Assembly (NCBI GenBank): GCA_950097015.1
Contig: CATNEN010000002.1
Coordinates: forward strand, 5,828,001-5,892,000
Origin: Macrostomum hystrix
Taxonomy: Eukaryota; Animalia; Platyhelminthes
Direction of reading: 5' to 3'
DNA length: 64,000 nucleotides
Below are positions 1 through 9,817 of the stretch, piece after piece (the stretch's first letter is position 1; each line of letters starts with the position of its first letter). A model generated the notes under the pieces. It did no database searches, was not told where the DNA came from, and was given only the letters and a program-made list of their open reading frames with translations. The translations under genes and the position numbers were made by a program.

Positions 1-464
1 TGCTGATTCTGTTGCATGAGTGCAGTCATGGCGCCTAGAATCTGCTGCATACAGTCTGGTTGCTGTGTCGCTGTCTGAGAAATCGGAAGCGTACCTGAGC
101 TGGGCATCCGTGCTGAATGAGTCGACTCAGGTAAAAGGTAGCTGGTTCGATTCGGAGACCAGACGGAAGTGGCAGTTGCTGGCGGCGTGCTGGACTGTTG
201 AGAGTTGGCGAGACTGGCGTTGCGGCTGGTGTCGCCCGAAATAGCCGTGCCTTGGTGGCTGCTAGGAATTTGTTGCAAGGTATTGGCAGGCAGTGAAGCG
301 GTTGAAGGTCCAGGGTTGGTCGGCTGTGGCGTTGCGTTTGCGGCATCTCCGAGAGCGCGTGCGGAAGCTGTGTGCATGTTGCTGCGAGTGCCTTTGCTGT
401 GTGCGGGCTTAGCAACGGTTGCCGATCGCTTGGATGTGGATGTGTGGCCCTTCCGAATTACCAT
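1..464 (-). CDS. Partial gag-like ORF (MVIRKGHTSTSKRSATVAKP...MQQILGAMTALMQQNQ, open at the edge)
   Basis: Manual translation shows no stop for 154 codons downstream of the PBS. It is missing from the ORF track, presumably because no stop lies in the window. The gag identity rests on position only. Confidence 0.55.
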   Translation of the reverse strand, partial: MVIRKGHTSTSKRSATVAKPAHSKGTRSNMHTASARALGDAANATPQPTNPGPSTASLPANTLQQIPSSHQGTAISGDTSRNASLANSQQSSTPPATATSVWSPNRTSYLLPESTHSARMPSSGTLPISQTATQQPDCMQQILGAMTALMQQNQ

Positions 465-532
465 TTGGTTCGCGCTGATACGAAGCTGAATTGAGGTGTA
501 GAACTTTAAGGCGGGCAGTTAAGCAGGCCTTT

Positions 533-550
533 AACCACGCTCTGCTACCA
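533..550 (-). promoter_or_regulatory. Primer-binding site complementary to the 3' end of initiator tRNA-Met
   Basis: TGGTAGCAGAGC matches the complement of the animal tRNA-iMet 3' end (...GCTCTGCTACCA) and sits 2 nt from the putative LTR end. Confidence 0.75.
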
Positions 551-856
551 TTTGTCGTTTGTGACAATAATTTCAAAGTTAGGTTAGTTGAAGTAGAAGG
601 CTGTAGTTGATCGTTATTAACAGAGTTTATTTGTAGATTATTAAACGGTTGAACGGATCGTGAGAGCATAGCGCATTTGTCTCTTGAATATAATTTAGGG
701 GTTTTGAACCTAGACAATACTGTACTGGGCTAAAGAAAGCATTCTAGAATATTCTAGAATGGTGTTGCTATTTTTAGAAGCGTGCGCATCAACTGGGGAA
801 GGAAAGCTAGGCAAACGATAAGGGCGGTTTTATGGAGGTTCAGTCTGAACCCGACA

Positions 857-1038
857 GATGGATTGCTAATCTATTCCCTTGTGGTTAGATGGATTGCTAA
901 TCTATCCCCTGTGGTTAGATGGATTGCTAATCTATTCCCTGTGGTTAGATGGATTACTAATCTTTTCCCTATGGTTAGATGGATTGCTAATCTATTCCCT
1001 GTGGTTAGATAGATTGCTAATCTATTCCCTGTGGCTAG
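857..1038. repeat. 30-bp minisatellite (GATGGATTGCTAATCTATTCCCTGTGGTTA), ~6 copies
   Basis: Direct tandem copies visible. Confidence 0.95.
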
Positions 1039-1663
1039 TTATAGTGACTAAATACTAAAAGTGCTGATAATTTGGCTAAGTGTGTCGTATGTTAAATTGT
1101 TTTATTTTAATTTTTTTATTTGAGCTAATATTTATTACTCATTTTTTCACTAGTATAAAAAGTCAATTGTTTTTACTTATTGTTTAATTTGACTTGAAGT
1201 TTGTTATTTATTGTTTGCTAAAATTGTTTTCATTATTTTCTTTAGTTTACTTTATAATCGATTCGCTTTCAAGCGATTGAATCTTGCCTGGATAAAAATT
1301 TAGCAAGAATGCATTCTAGTTAGATAGCTTAGAGTAACTTTGTTGCCAAGGTTAAAAATATTCAAATCTTGAGTAACTATTCAACCGTTTGTTCTGCAAC
1401 TTCTTGTGGATGTGTGTTTTGGCTTGTCATTGATTAATCTATTTATTTATTATATTTTATAACTCAGAAATCTCAATTTTTTTGTCAGCTTTAATAACAA
1501 TTCTTTTTCTCAAGCCTTGCTTTTGTGCACCTGTGCCTAAGTTTTTCAGGCTGTGCTCACAAAATTATTAACGACTTTCTACTCTTTTAAATGTGACCTT
1601 TGCTAACTTTTTGAATAATCGATATCTGGTTTACATTGTTTCAATTTAGGCTGTCTGAAATCA

Positions 1664-2205
1664 GCTATAAGCTGTCATATCAGCTATGAGCTGTGTCATA
1701 CCAGCTATGAGCTGTGTCATACCAGCTATGAGCAGTGTCATATCAGCTATGAGCTGTGTCATACCAGCTATGAGCTGTGTCATACCAGCTATGAGCAGTG
1801 TCATATCAGCTATGAGCTGTGTCATACCAGCTATGAGCTGTGTCATACCAGCTATGAGCAGTGTCATATCAGCTATGAGCTGTGTCATATCAGCTATGAG
1901 CTGTGTCATACCAACTATGAGATGTGTCATACCAGCTATGAGCTGTGTCATACCAGCTATGAGATGTGTCATACCAGCTATGAGCTGTGTCATACCAGCT
2001 ATGAGATGTGTCATACCAGCTATGAGCTGTGTCATACCAGCTATGAGATGTGTCATACCAGCTATGAGCTGTGTCATACCAGCTATGAGATGTGTCATAC
2101 CAACTATGAGATGTGTCATACCAGCTATGAGATGTGTCATACCAACTATGAGCTGTGTCATACCAGCTATGAGCTATGTCATACCAGCTATGAGCTGTGT
2201 CAAAT
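1664..2205. repeat. 21-bp minisatellite (GCTATGAGCTGTGTCATACCA), ~25 copies
   Basis: Tandem copies; explains ORFs 1661-2161, 1686-2207 and 1922-2257. Confidence 0.97.
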
Positions 2206-2689
2206 GAGCAATAGACTGGAAATTAGAGACCAAGCATTGTTAGACTTGAGCAGCTGAATACCTGCTTCACGGCATTTTTGCCTTTTTGATCCATGTTTCT
2301 TAAAAGTAAAAACTCATCTGAACTAATGAACTCACTGAATGCTCAAATCTGCATTGTTTCCTTCTAGTGTTTTTTTTTCAAACAGTAGAAACTATTTTGC
2401 CTGCCGTCCAAGCCGGAAATTGTGTCCGCAGAAATACATATGATTCTGTCCTTCTGGATACTTGTGGCGCACTTTCATTACCTAGGATTTTTTATCTAGG
2501 AGCTTGAGCTCATGATACCCCCTAGCTGCCTGAAGTCCCAATTAGAATCCCCATAAAAATGCCAACTTTGAGTTGACCCTTAATTATCCCCTAAAATGAA
2601 TCCCCAAAAGACTGCTTTATCGAATCCACAAAAATTGTTAACTAAAATTTTAGCAAAGACTGTCTAATTGTTAACTCAAACTACAAACC

Positions 2690-3100
2690 CAAAAATCCCA
2701 CTTTAAGTCCCTAAAAACTCCCAACTACAATTCTAAAAAATCCCTAAAAACTCCTAACTACAATTCTAAAAAATCCCAAAAAACTCCCAACTAAAATCCT
2801 AAAAATCTCCCAACTAAAATCCCAAAAAACTCCCAACTACAATCCCAAAAAAACTCCCAACTAAAATCCCTAAAAACTCCCAACTACAATTCTAAAAATC
2901 CCAAAAAGCTCCTAACTAAAATCCCAAAAAGCTCCCAACTAAAATCCCAAAAAGCTCCCAACTAAAATCCCAAAAAAACTCCCAACTGAAATCCCAAAGG
3001 CTCCTAACTAAAATCCCAAAAGCTCCTAAATAAAATCCCAAAAGCTCCTAACTAAAATCCCAAAAGCTCCCAGCTACATCCCCAAAAGCCTCCCAAGTAG
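2690..3100. repeat. Degenerate ~22-24-bp A/C-rich array (AAAATCCCAAAAAGCTCCCAACT)
   Basis: Repeated AAAATCCC...CTCC(C/T)AACT units. Confidence 0.9.
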
Positions 3101-3211
3101 AATCCCACAAAACTCACATCAGTCTCCCGTCTACGAGAAAAAGTTGTAAAATTTTGAAGATTTAGCTTTTGAAGCCACAATTCTCTCACATATTGATCCC
3201 CTTCAGTTACC

Positions 3212-4622
3212 ATGGCCTCAATGGGCCAGCAGACTGCGCAGGTGGCGGCCTCCCTAAACGAGCTGCAGCTGCCCACCCAGCTGGCCTGTCAAGTCTGCCA
3301 TCGCCTTGCCGACTGCAAGCGCTGCGGCAACTGCAACACCGTCTGGTACTGCGGCCGCGACTGTCAGCGGGCCCACTGGCCTGAGCACAAAAGCCTCTGC
3401 CAGCACCTGCAGGATTTGAAGCGTTGGTCGGCGTTTTCACAGTATCTGGGCAGCCAGTTCACCAAGACAGATGACGAGGCCTACTCAAAGGCGCCCAGAG
3501 ACCTGAGCAGTTTGCCCATGCTGCCGCACCTGGTGCTGGGCACTGTGGGCGGCTCGCTGTCTGAACAGGTTTGATCTGGGTCATACCAGCCATGAGCTGT
3601 CTCATATTAGCTATGGGCTGTGTCATATCAGCCACGAGCTGTGCCATACCAGCTATGAGCTGTGCCATACCAGCTATGAGCTGTGCCATACCAGCTATGA
3701 GCTGTGTCATACCAGCTATGAGCTGTCTCATATTAGCTATGGGCTGTGTGATACCAGCCATGAGCTGTCTCATATTAGCTATGGGCTGTGTCATATCAGC
3801 CATGAGCTGTGCCATACCAGCTATGAGCTGTGTCATACCAGCTATGAGCTGTTTCATACCAGATATGGGCTGTGTCATACCAGCTATGAGCTGTGTCATA
3901 CCAGCTATGAGCTGTGTCATACCAGCCATGAGCTGTCTCATATTAGCTATGGGCTGTGTCATATCAGCTATGAGCTGTGTCATATCTCTTCTCTAATATC
4001 TTTTCCCTTCTATCTCATTTCTCTTCATCTCATCTTAATTAATCTCTGAATCTCTCCCTCTCAATGTGCAGGTGTGCCTGAATCTCTCCCTCTCAATGTG
4101 CAGGTGTGCCTGAATCTCCCTCTGACCGTGCAGGTGTGCCTGAATCTCCCTCTGACCGTGCAGGTGTACCTGAATCTCCCTCTGACCGTGCAGGTGTACC
4201 TGAATCTCCCTCTGACCGTGCAGGTGTATCTGAATCTCCCTCTGACCGTGCAGGTGTACCTGAATCTCCCTCTGACCGTGCAGGTGTACCTGAAAACCTG
4301 GCGCTTCAGTCACGAGCGGCCCGGCAGCATTCCGATGTTCATCATGCGTGAAGACCTGCGCTGCCCAGAAACCGACCAGAATATTCTTCAGGCCAGCTTT
4401 CAACAGCTATTCGGCAACCAGGCATTGGACACTGTTGTAAAGCGCAACCTGCCAGTGGCCATCAAGCGATCCTACCTGCACGAGAACGGCTTCCAGCTGC
4501 CCTCAGTGATTCATACGGCCAGACCGCATTGTCCGTTTGGCTCGGAGAAGTGCGTGTTTGTACTGCAGGCCGAGACTTCCAATGCGAGTCCCAGCACTGC
4601 GAAGACTGCTAAGCAGAAGTAG
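3212..4622 (+). CDS. MYND zinc-finger protein, join(3212..3568,4284..4622), ~231 aa
   Basis: Exon 1 has CQVC-CKRCGNC-YCGRDCQRAHWPEHKSLC (zf-MYND). Donor CAG|GT at 3568/3569 is phase 0. The last CAG| acceptor at 4283 opens a non-repetitive in-frame exon ending TAG at 4622. Confidence 0.85.
3575..3985. repeat. 21-bp minisatellite, same family and orientation as 1664-2205, in the MYND intron
   Basis: GCTATGAGCTGTGTCATACCA units and variants. Confidence 0.95.
4045..4293 (+). repeat. 30-bp tandem repeat spanning the MYND intron/exon-2 junction (GTGTACCTGAATCTCCCTCTGACCGTGCAG)
   Basis: Eight CAG|GTG sites, with the AG ending at 4071, 4103, 4133, 4163, 4193, 4223, 4253 and 4283. Confidence 0.95.
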
Positions 4623-4784
4623 TGATTTTAAATTTAAAGCAGTTTTTAAACAGGAATTCGTTCATTGGAAAGCTTTTCATTATCTACGTTTTCTATGTAA
4701 GCTATAACTTATTATACAATTGGTTTGCATTGTCCCTTAATCAGCGATTCAGTGACTCTCTTAATCCTATTGTGACCTACATGA

Positions 4785-5145
4785 TCCTTCAGGGACTCTT
4801 TTGATCCTTCAGGGACTCTTTTGAGCCTTCGGGGACTCTTTTGAGCCTTCAGGGACTCTTTTGAGCCTTCAGGGACTCTTTTGAGCCTTCAGGGACTCTT
4901 TTGAGCCTTCAGGGACTCTTTTGAGCCTTCAGGGACTCTTTTGAGCCTTCAGGGACTCTTTTGAGCCTTCAGGGACTCTTTTGAGCCTTCAGGGACTCTT
5001 TTGAGTATCCTGAACATTCAGGGACTATCCTGAACCTTCAGGGACTATCCTGAACCTTCAGGGACTATCCTGAACCTTCAGGGACTATCCTGAACCTTCA
5101 GGGACTATCCTGAACCTTCAGGGACTATCCTGAACCTTCAGTGAC
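4785..5145. repeat. Two adjacent 20-bp arrays (GAGCCTTCAGGGACTCTTTT then GAACCTTCAGGGACTATCCT)
   Basis: Tandem copies; the unit type switches at ~5005. Confidence 0.95.
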
Positions 5146-5599
5146 TTTTTTCCTGAGGCTGTCTGCCACTTCTGTCTTGAATAAACCAGCTATTTCGGTG
5201 CTTGAATGAATCGCAAATTGCTATTGTTTTTCATTTCATTTCACAAATCGTGTGTTCACACGCCTAATTGTTTGCATTGAATGCTCATGTTAAAAGCGTC
5301 ATTTCGAATTCGGCGGACATCTACCAAGGATTTTAACAACTGGCTCATTAATATGCTTTGCATTATTGTTTCTATCATTAACATGCATAATACAATTGGC
5401 AATCAGAGACGTAACAAAACCTCTTACAATTAATTATTCTTGCATTCCGTATTGTCCGTGGACTTTTTAATAGGTAAAAACAGTGAAAAAAAACTTTTAG
5501 CAGCTGTCACTGTGCTTTATACTTCGGTATTTCTGGCTGAGGATAATTATAACAGCTTATTATTGTTTAGGAATACTTTTATACTTGCTAATTTATCCC

Positions 5600-6090
5600 A
5601 TTGGATTAAGAAGGGAATGGATTGCTAGTCTATCCTGTTGGATTAATATTGGGATAGATTGCTAGTCTATTCCATTGGATTAAGAAGGAAATGGATTGCT
5701 AGTCTATTCCATTGGATTAATATTGGGATAGATTGCTAGTCTATTCCATTGGATTAAGAAGGAAATGGATTGCTAGTCTATTCCATTGGATTAATATTGG
5801 GATAGATTGCTAGTCAATTCCATTGGACTAAGAAGATAATGGATTGCTAATCTATCCTGTTGGATTAATATTGGGATAGATTGCTAGTCTATTCCATTGG
5901 ATTAAGAAGGAAATGGATTGCTAGTCTATCCTGGTGGATTAATATTGGGATAGATTGCTAGTCTATTCCATTGGATTAAGAAGGAAATGGATTGCTAATC
6001 TATCCTGTTGGATTAATATTGGGATAGATTGCTAGTCTATTCCATTGGATTAAGAAGGAAATGGATTGCTAATCTATCCTGTTGGATTAT
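5600..6090. repeat. Array of two alternating ~37-bp units sharing the core GATTGCTA(G/A)TCTAT with the 857-1038 array
   Basis: Alternating GGATTAAGAAGGAAATGGATTGC... and GGATTAATATTGGGATAGATTGC... units. Confidence 0.92.
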
Positions 6091-6175
6091 CGAATCACTA
6101 GATAATCCAGCAATGCAGATGACAAACTGGGCTTTCGCGAAATAATTTCAGCGAGTGCATAAACTCGAGGAACTC

Positions 6176-7170
6176 ATGTATCCCAACTATCCGATGCACA
6201 GCCAGTCGACTCAGCAGCAGCAGCAGCCGCCTCCCCCCTACGAGGTTGGCGCCCTCGTCAGCGGTGGCAGTCACGCTAGCGGCTTGGAGTCGCTTCTGTC
6301 CCAGCTGAAGCGCATGGACAATGAGGAGCTGCAGAAACTGCTGGACTCCGATGAAAAAGTAGCCGAGCTCACCGCCTCCTGTGCTGAGGTGAGGACCCGT
6401 GCAATAAACTGTCTTCACCTTTGATGGCACTGGTTGACTTACATAGACTCATTCATTACTCTTAACTAAAATCAACTACGGGCTGAATTATCTACTCCTG
6501 AATTCTCCACTCATCTCATTCAAGTCTCACCTGAAGTCTTCCCTTAAATCCCGATACATTAAGTCTCAGCAGAGATCCCTACAGCTAAGGTGTCACCTAA
6601 ATCACTTTACCTGAAGTCTTACCTGAAGTCTCACCTGACATCTATTTACCTGAAGTCTCACCTGAGATCTATTTACCTGAAGTCTCACCTGAGATCTATT
6701 TACCTGAAGTCTCACCTGAAGTCTTTCTTGAGATCTATTTACCTGAAGTCTCACCTGAGATCCATGGAACCCTCATTCCGGAGCAGCTTCAGCAGCTGTC
6801 GCAGGCCAAGCATGCCGCGATGTCGTCCAACCGTCAGCTGGCCGAGTCCAACTTCGTCCTCGAGCCGCGCGTCGAGGAAAGCCGCCGCCGTCTGGCCGCC
6901 CTGTCCGAGGAGGCCGACAGCCACCGGTCCGCCTTCCTGGAGCTGCGCGCCAGACTGGATTCGCTGAATTCGGCTGCCAGCCCCGACACCCTCCTCAGCT
7001 TGCTGGAGGCCGCCTGCATGGAGGCTGACGAACTGGCTGAGTCTGTCTCCGATGACCTGGCCAGCGGCCGCGTTGATCTGCCCGGCTTTGTTCGGCAATA
7101 CGTCGATGCGCGTCAGCTGTACCACCTGCGCCGGGTGAAGGTCGACTGGCTGTCCAAAAGCCAGTCTTAG
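6176..7170 (+). CDS. VPS37: ESCRT-I subunit VPS37 (Mod(r) domain), join(6176..6388,6787..7170), ~198 aa
   Basis: The translation LKRMDNEELQKLLDSD...SNRQLAESN...ASPDTLLSLLEAAC...YVDARQLYHLRRVKVDWL aligns by eye with VPS37B/C. Donor GAG|GTGAGG at 6388. The exact acceptor among tandem NAGs at 6783-6795 is uncertain. Confidence 0.9.
6520..6765. repeat. 27-bp minisatellite (CCTGAAGTCTCACCTGAGATCTATTTA) in the VPS37 intron
   Basis: Tandem copies. Confidence 0.9.
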
Positions 7171-7188
7171 AGCTCGTGTTCATCTGGA

Positions 7189-8052
7189 CTACTCACAGTA
7201 GGCTGGGCTGTCTAGTTTGAGCATGACTCACTAATGCCACACTACTCACAGTAGGCTGAGCGGTGTAGTTTGAGCATGACTCACTCATGCCACACTACTC
7301 ACAGTAGGCTGGGCTGTCTAGTTTGAGCATGACTCACTCATGCCACACTACTCACAGTAGGCTGAGCGGTGTAGTTTGAGCATGACTCACTCATGCCACA
7401 CTACTCACAGTAGGCTGAGCGGTGTAGTTTGAGCATGACTCATTCATGCCACACTGCTCACAGTAGGCTGGGCTGTCTAGTTTGAGCATGACTCATTCAT
7501 GCCACACTACTCACAGTAGGCTGGGCTGTCTAGTTTGAGCATGACTCACTCATGCCACACTACTCACAGTAGGCTGGGCTGTCTAGTTTGAGCATGACTC
7601 ACTCATGCCACACTACTCACAGTAGGCTGAGCGGTGTAGTTTGAGCATGACTCACTCATGCCACACTACTCACAGTAGGCTGAGCGGTGTAGTTTGAGCA
7701 TGACTCACTCATGCCACACTACTCACAGTAGGCTGAGCGGTGTAGTTTGAGCATGACTCATTCATGCCACACTGCTCACAGTAGGCTGGGCTGTCTAGTT
7801 TGAGCATGACTCATTCATGCCACACTACTCACAGTAGGCTGGGCTGTCTAGTTTGAGCATGACTCATTCATGCCACACTACTCACAGTAGGCTGGGCTGT
7901 CTAGTTTGAGCATGACTCATTCATGCCACACTACTCACAGTAGGCTGGGCTGTCTAGTTTGAGCATGACTCACTCATTCATGCCACACTACTCACAGTAG
8001 GCTGGGCTGTCTAGTTTGAGCATGACTCACTCATGCCACACTACTCACAGTA
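7189..8052 (+). repeat. 53-bp minisatellite, ~16 copies, starting 19 nt after the VPS37 stop; each unit contains the hairpin GCATGA-CTCA(C/T)-TCATGC
   Basis: Unit CTACTCACAGTAGGCTGGGCTGTCTAGTTTGAGCATGACTCACTCATGCCACA; spacing 7189 to 7242. Confidence 0.97.
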
Positions 8053-8490
8053 GCTTTAGCAGTGAGCTGTCATTTTTACTGTTTTATTAATGTAATACTG
8101 TTAAGCGCTAATGCAGAATTGTATAGATAAAAGTTATTATTGTGCTTTAATATTCAGACTCTGTTGACTGTGTCAATTAGGACATTGCAATTTAGTCTCC
8201 TTGTTACTTCAAAGCAATTAAATAGTATTTATATGTAAATGCACTTTCTTAATTTAAACTATCATAGCAACTGTCACGCTACAACCCAGTCACATTGTCA
8301 TTAACTATGCACCTGTAAAATGCGTAGATTTGAGAACTGATTGCAGAAATCTGATTGTGTAGCTGCGTGAACTTTTTCTAGTCTTCTAAAATATATTTTA
8401 CGGAAAGTTTCTATTTTCATTTGTTGTTTTTTAAAAATACGCAGTTCTTTTTAGATTTGTTTATTTGGTTTGACAGTACAAAATGCTTAC

Positions 8491-8736
8491 TTTCAACGGG
8501 GTTATGCTGTATGAAATAAAGCCAGCAGCCTTGTTTGTTGTAGTGGGTGACATAGGAGATGACCCCAGCGGCAGACAGCTGGCCCTCCCACCATTCGTTT
8601 GGTTCGTTGAAGTACGTGTGGCTGCAGAAGCCATTACTGAAATTAGGGTCTTTGTTTCCGTCGATCGCTTAGTTGCAAAGCATTCCGTGAACCACATAAC
8701 TCTGGGTACAGCTGGCGAACGCAAGCTTCCGATTCG
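8491..8736 (-). pseudogene. Orphan exon encoding an F-type (fuco)lectin-like domain fragment with an in-frame TAA at 8671-8669
   Basis: Translation NRKLAFASCTQSYVVHGMLCN*AIDGNKDPNFSNGFCSHTYFNEPNEWWEGQL...ISYVTHYNKQGC matches the F-type lectin motif AIDGN...C(T/S)HT...PWW..L...V...N. Bounded by CCCACAG| and |GTAAGC, phase 1-1. Confidence 0.7.
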
Positions 8737-8805
8737 CTGTGGGAGAATCACGTGACACGAGTGCGCTATCGAATAAAAACTCACATCCGTGTCACCGCTG
8801 GGATC

Positions 8806-8840
8806 TACGATGGGTGTCCCAAAAGTTCCCGGAATGTCCA
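8806..8840 (+). mobile_element. Isolated mariner-type terminal inverted repeat remnant
   Basis: TA-CGATGGGTGTCCCAAAAGTT resembles the TIRs of the mariner at 50829-53083 (TA-CAAGGGTTGTCCCAAAAGTT). No partner TIR seen. Confidence 0.45.
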
Positions 8841-8909
8841 TCGTAGCTCTTTTTTACAGAAACAAATGACAAGATGTACTTGTTTAACTGTTTGTAGATT
8901 CATTGTCTT

Positions 8910-9459
8910 GTGTCAGGATATGCCCTGATGTGTCAAGAGATACAATGATGTGTCAGGAGAGCTTGTGTTGTGTCAGGAGAGGTTGTGGTGTGTCAGGAGA
9001 GGTTGTGATGTGTCAGGAGAGGTTCTGATGTGCCAGGAGATGCCATGATGTGTCAGGAGATGCCATGATGTGTCAGGAGAGCTTGTGTTGTGTCAGGAGA
9101 GGTTGTGATGTGTCAGGAGAGGTTCTGATGTGTCAGGAGAGGTTCTGATGTGTCAGGAGATGCCATGATGTGTCAGGAGAGCTTGTGTTGTGTCAGGAGA
9201 GGTTGTGATGTGTCAGGAGAGGTTCTGATGTGCCAGGAGATGCCATGATGTGTCAGGAGATGCCATGATGTGTCAGAAGAGGTTGTGATGTGTCAGGAGA
9301 TGCCATGATGTGTCAGAAGAGGTTGTGATGTGTCAGGAGAGGTTCTTATGTGTCAGGAGATGCCATGATGTGTCAGGAGATGCCATGATGTGTCAGGAGA
9401 TGCCATGATGTGTCAGGAGATGTTGTGGTGTGTCAGGAGAGGTTGTGGTGTGTCAAGAA
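8910..9459. repeat. 20-bp minisatellite (TGTCAGGAGATGCCATGATG), reverse complement of the 12141-18415 array
   Basis: The unit is the exact reverse complement of CATCATGGCATCTCCTGACA, and the variants AGGTTCTGAT/ATCAGAACCT are shared too. Confidence 0.97.
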
Positions 9460-9817
9460 ACGTGCGCGAAGGTCAGGGGTAGTGTTCCACAAGCTCAAAA
9501 ATCTATTGATTTTTTCATTACTCACATTAGTAAGCGTGTAAACAATGCCTACTGAAGCTTAAACTATGCTTGGGAAGGTGTTTTACGTCAGTGTTGCTAG
9601 AAGAAGACATGAGTACCTAGAAATAGATCCTACCCAGCTGTCTCAACTCTTGACAGGTCTATAAGGAAAAAAATATTTAAGGCCACAATTATAGTACTGT
9701 CGTTTATTAGAAAAAAATATTTCAATTAGCAGAAGTGCTAATTAGCAAAGAATTGATTTTTTATAAATAAATCTTGTTTCGGTTCAGATTTCTCGTGTTC
9801 TCAAACCAGGCTCTCAA

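Larger units (their letters stand above)
1..716 (-). mobile_element. 5' end of an LTR retrotransposon (short LTR ~553-716, PBS, start of gag-like ORF); element runs off the left edge
   Basis: Minus strand reads TGTC(716)...AATAAA(631-626)...GACA(553), then AA, then TGGTAGCAGAGCGTGGTT (550-533), followed by an open frame from ATG 464 to the window edge. The second LTR and TSD cannot be checked. Confidence 0.7.

Noticed and set aside
5600-6090. Repeat/spacer-like alternation resembling a CRISPR array
   Set aside because: The spacers are not unique (two units alternate), there are no cas genes, and the context is eukaryotic.
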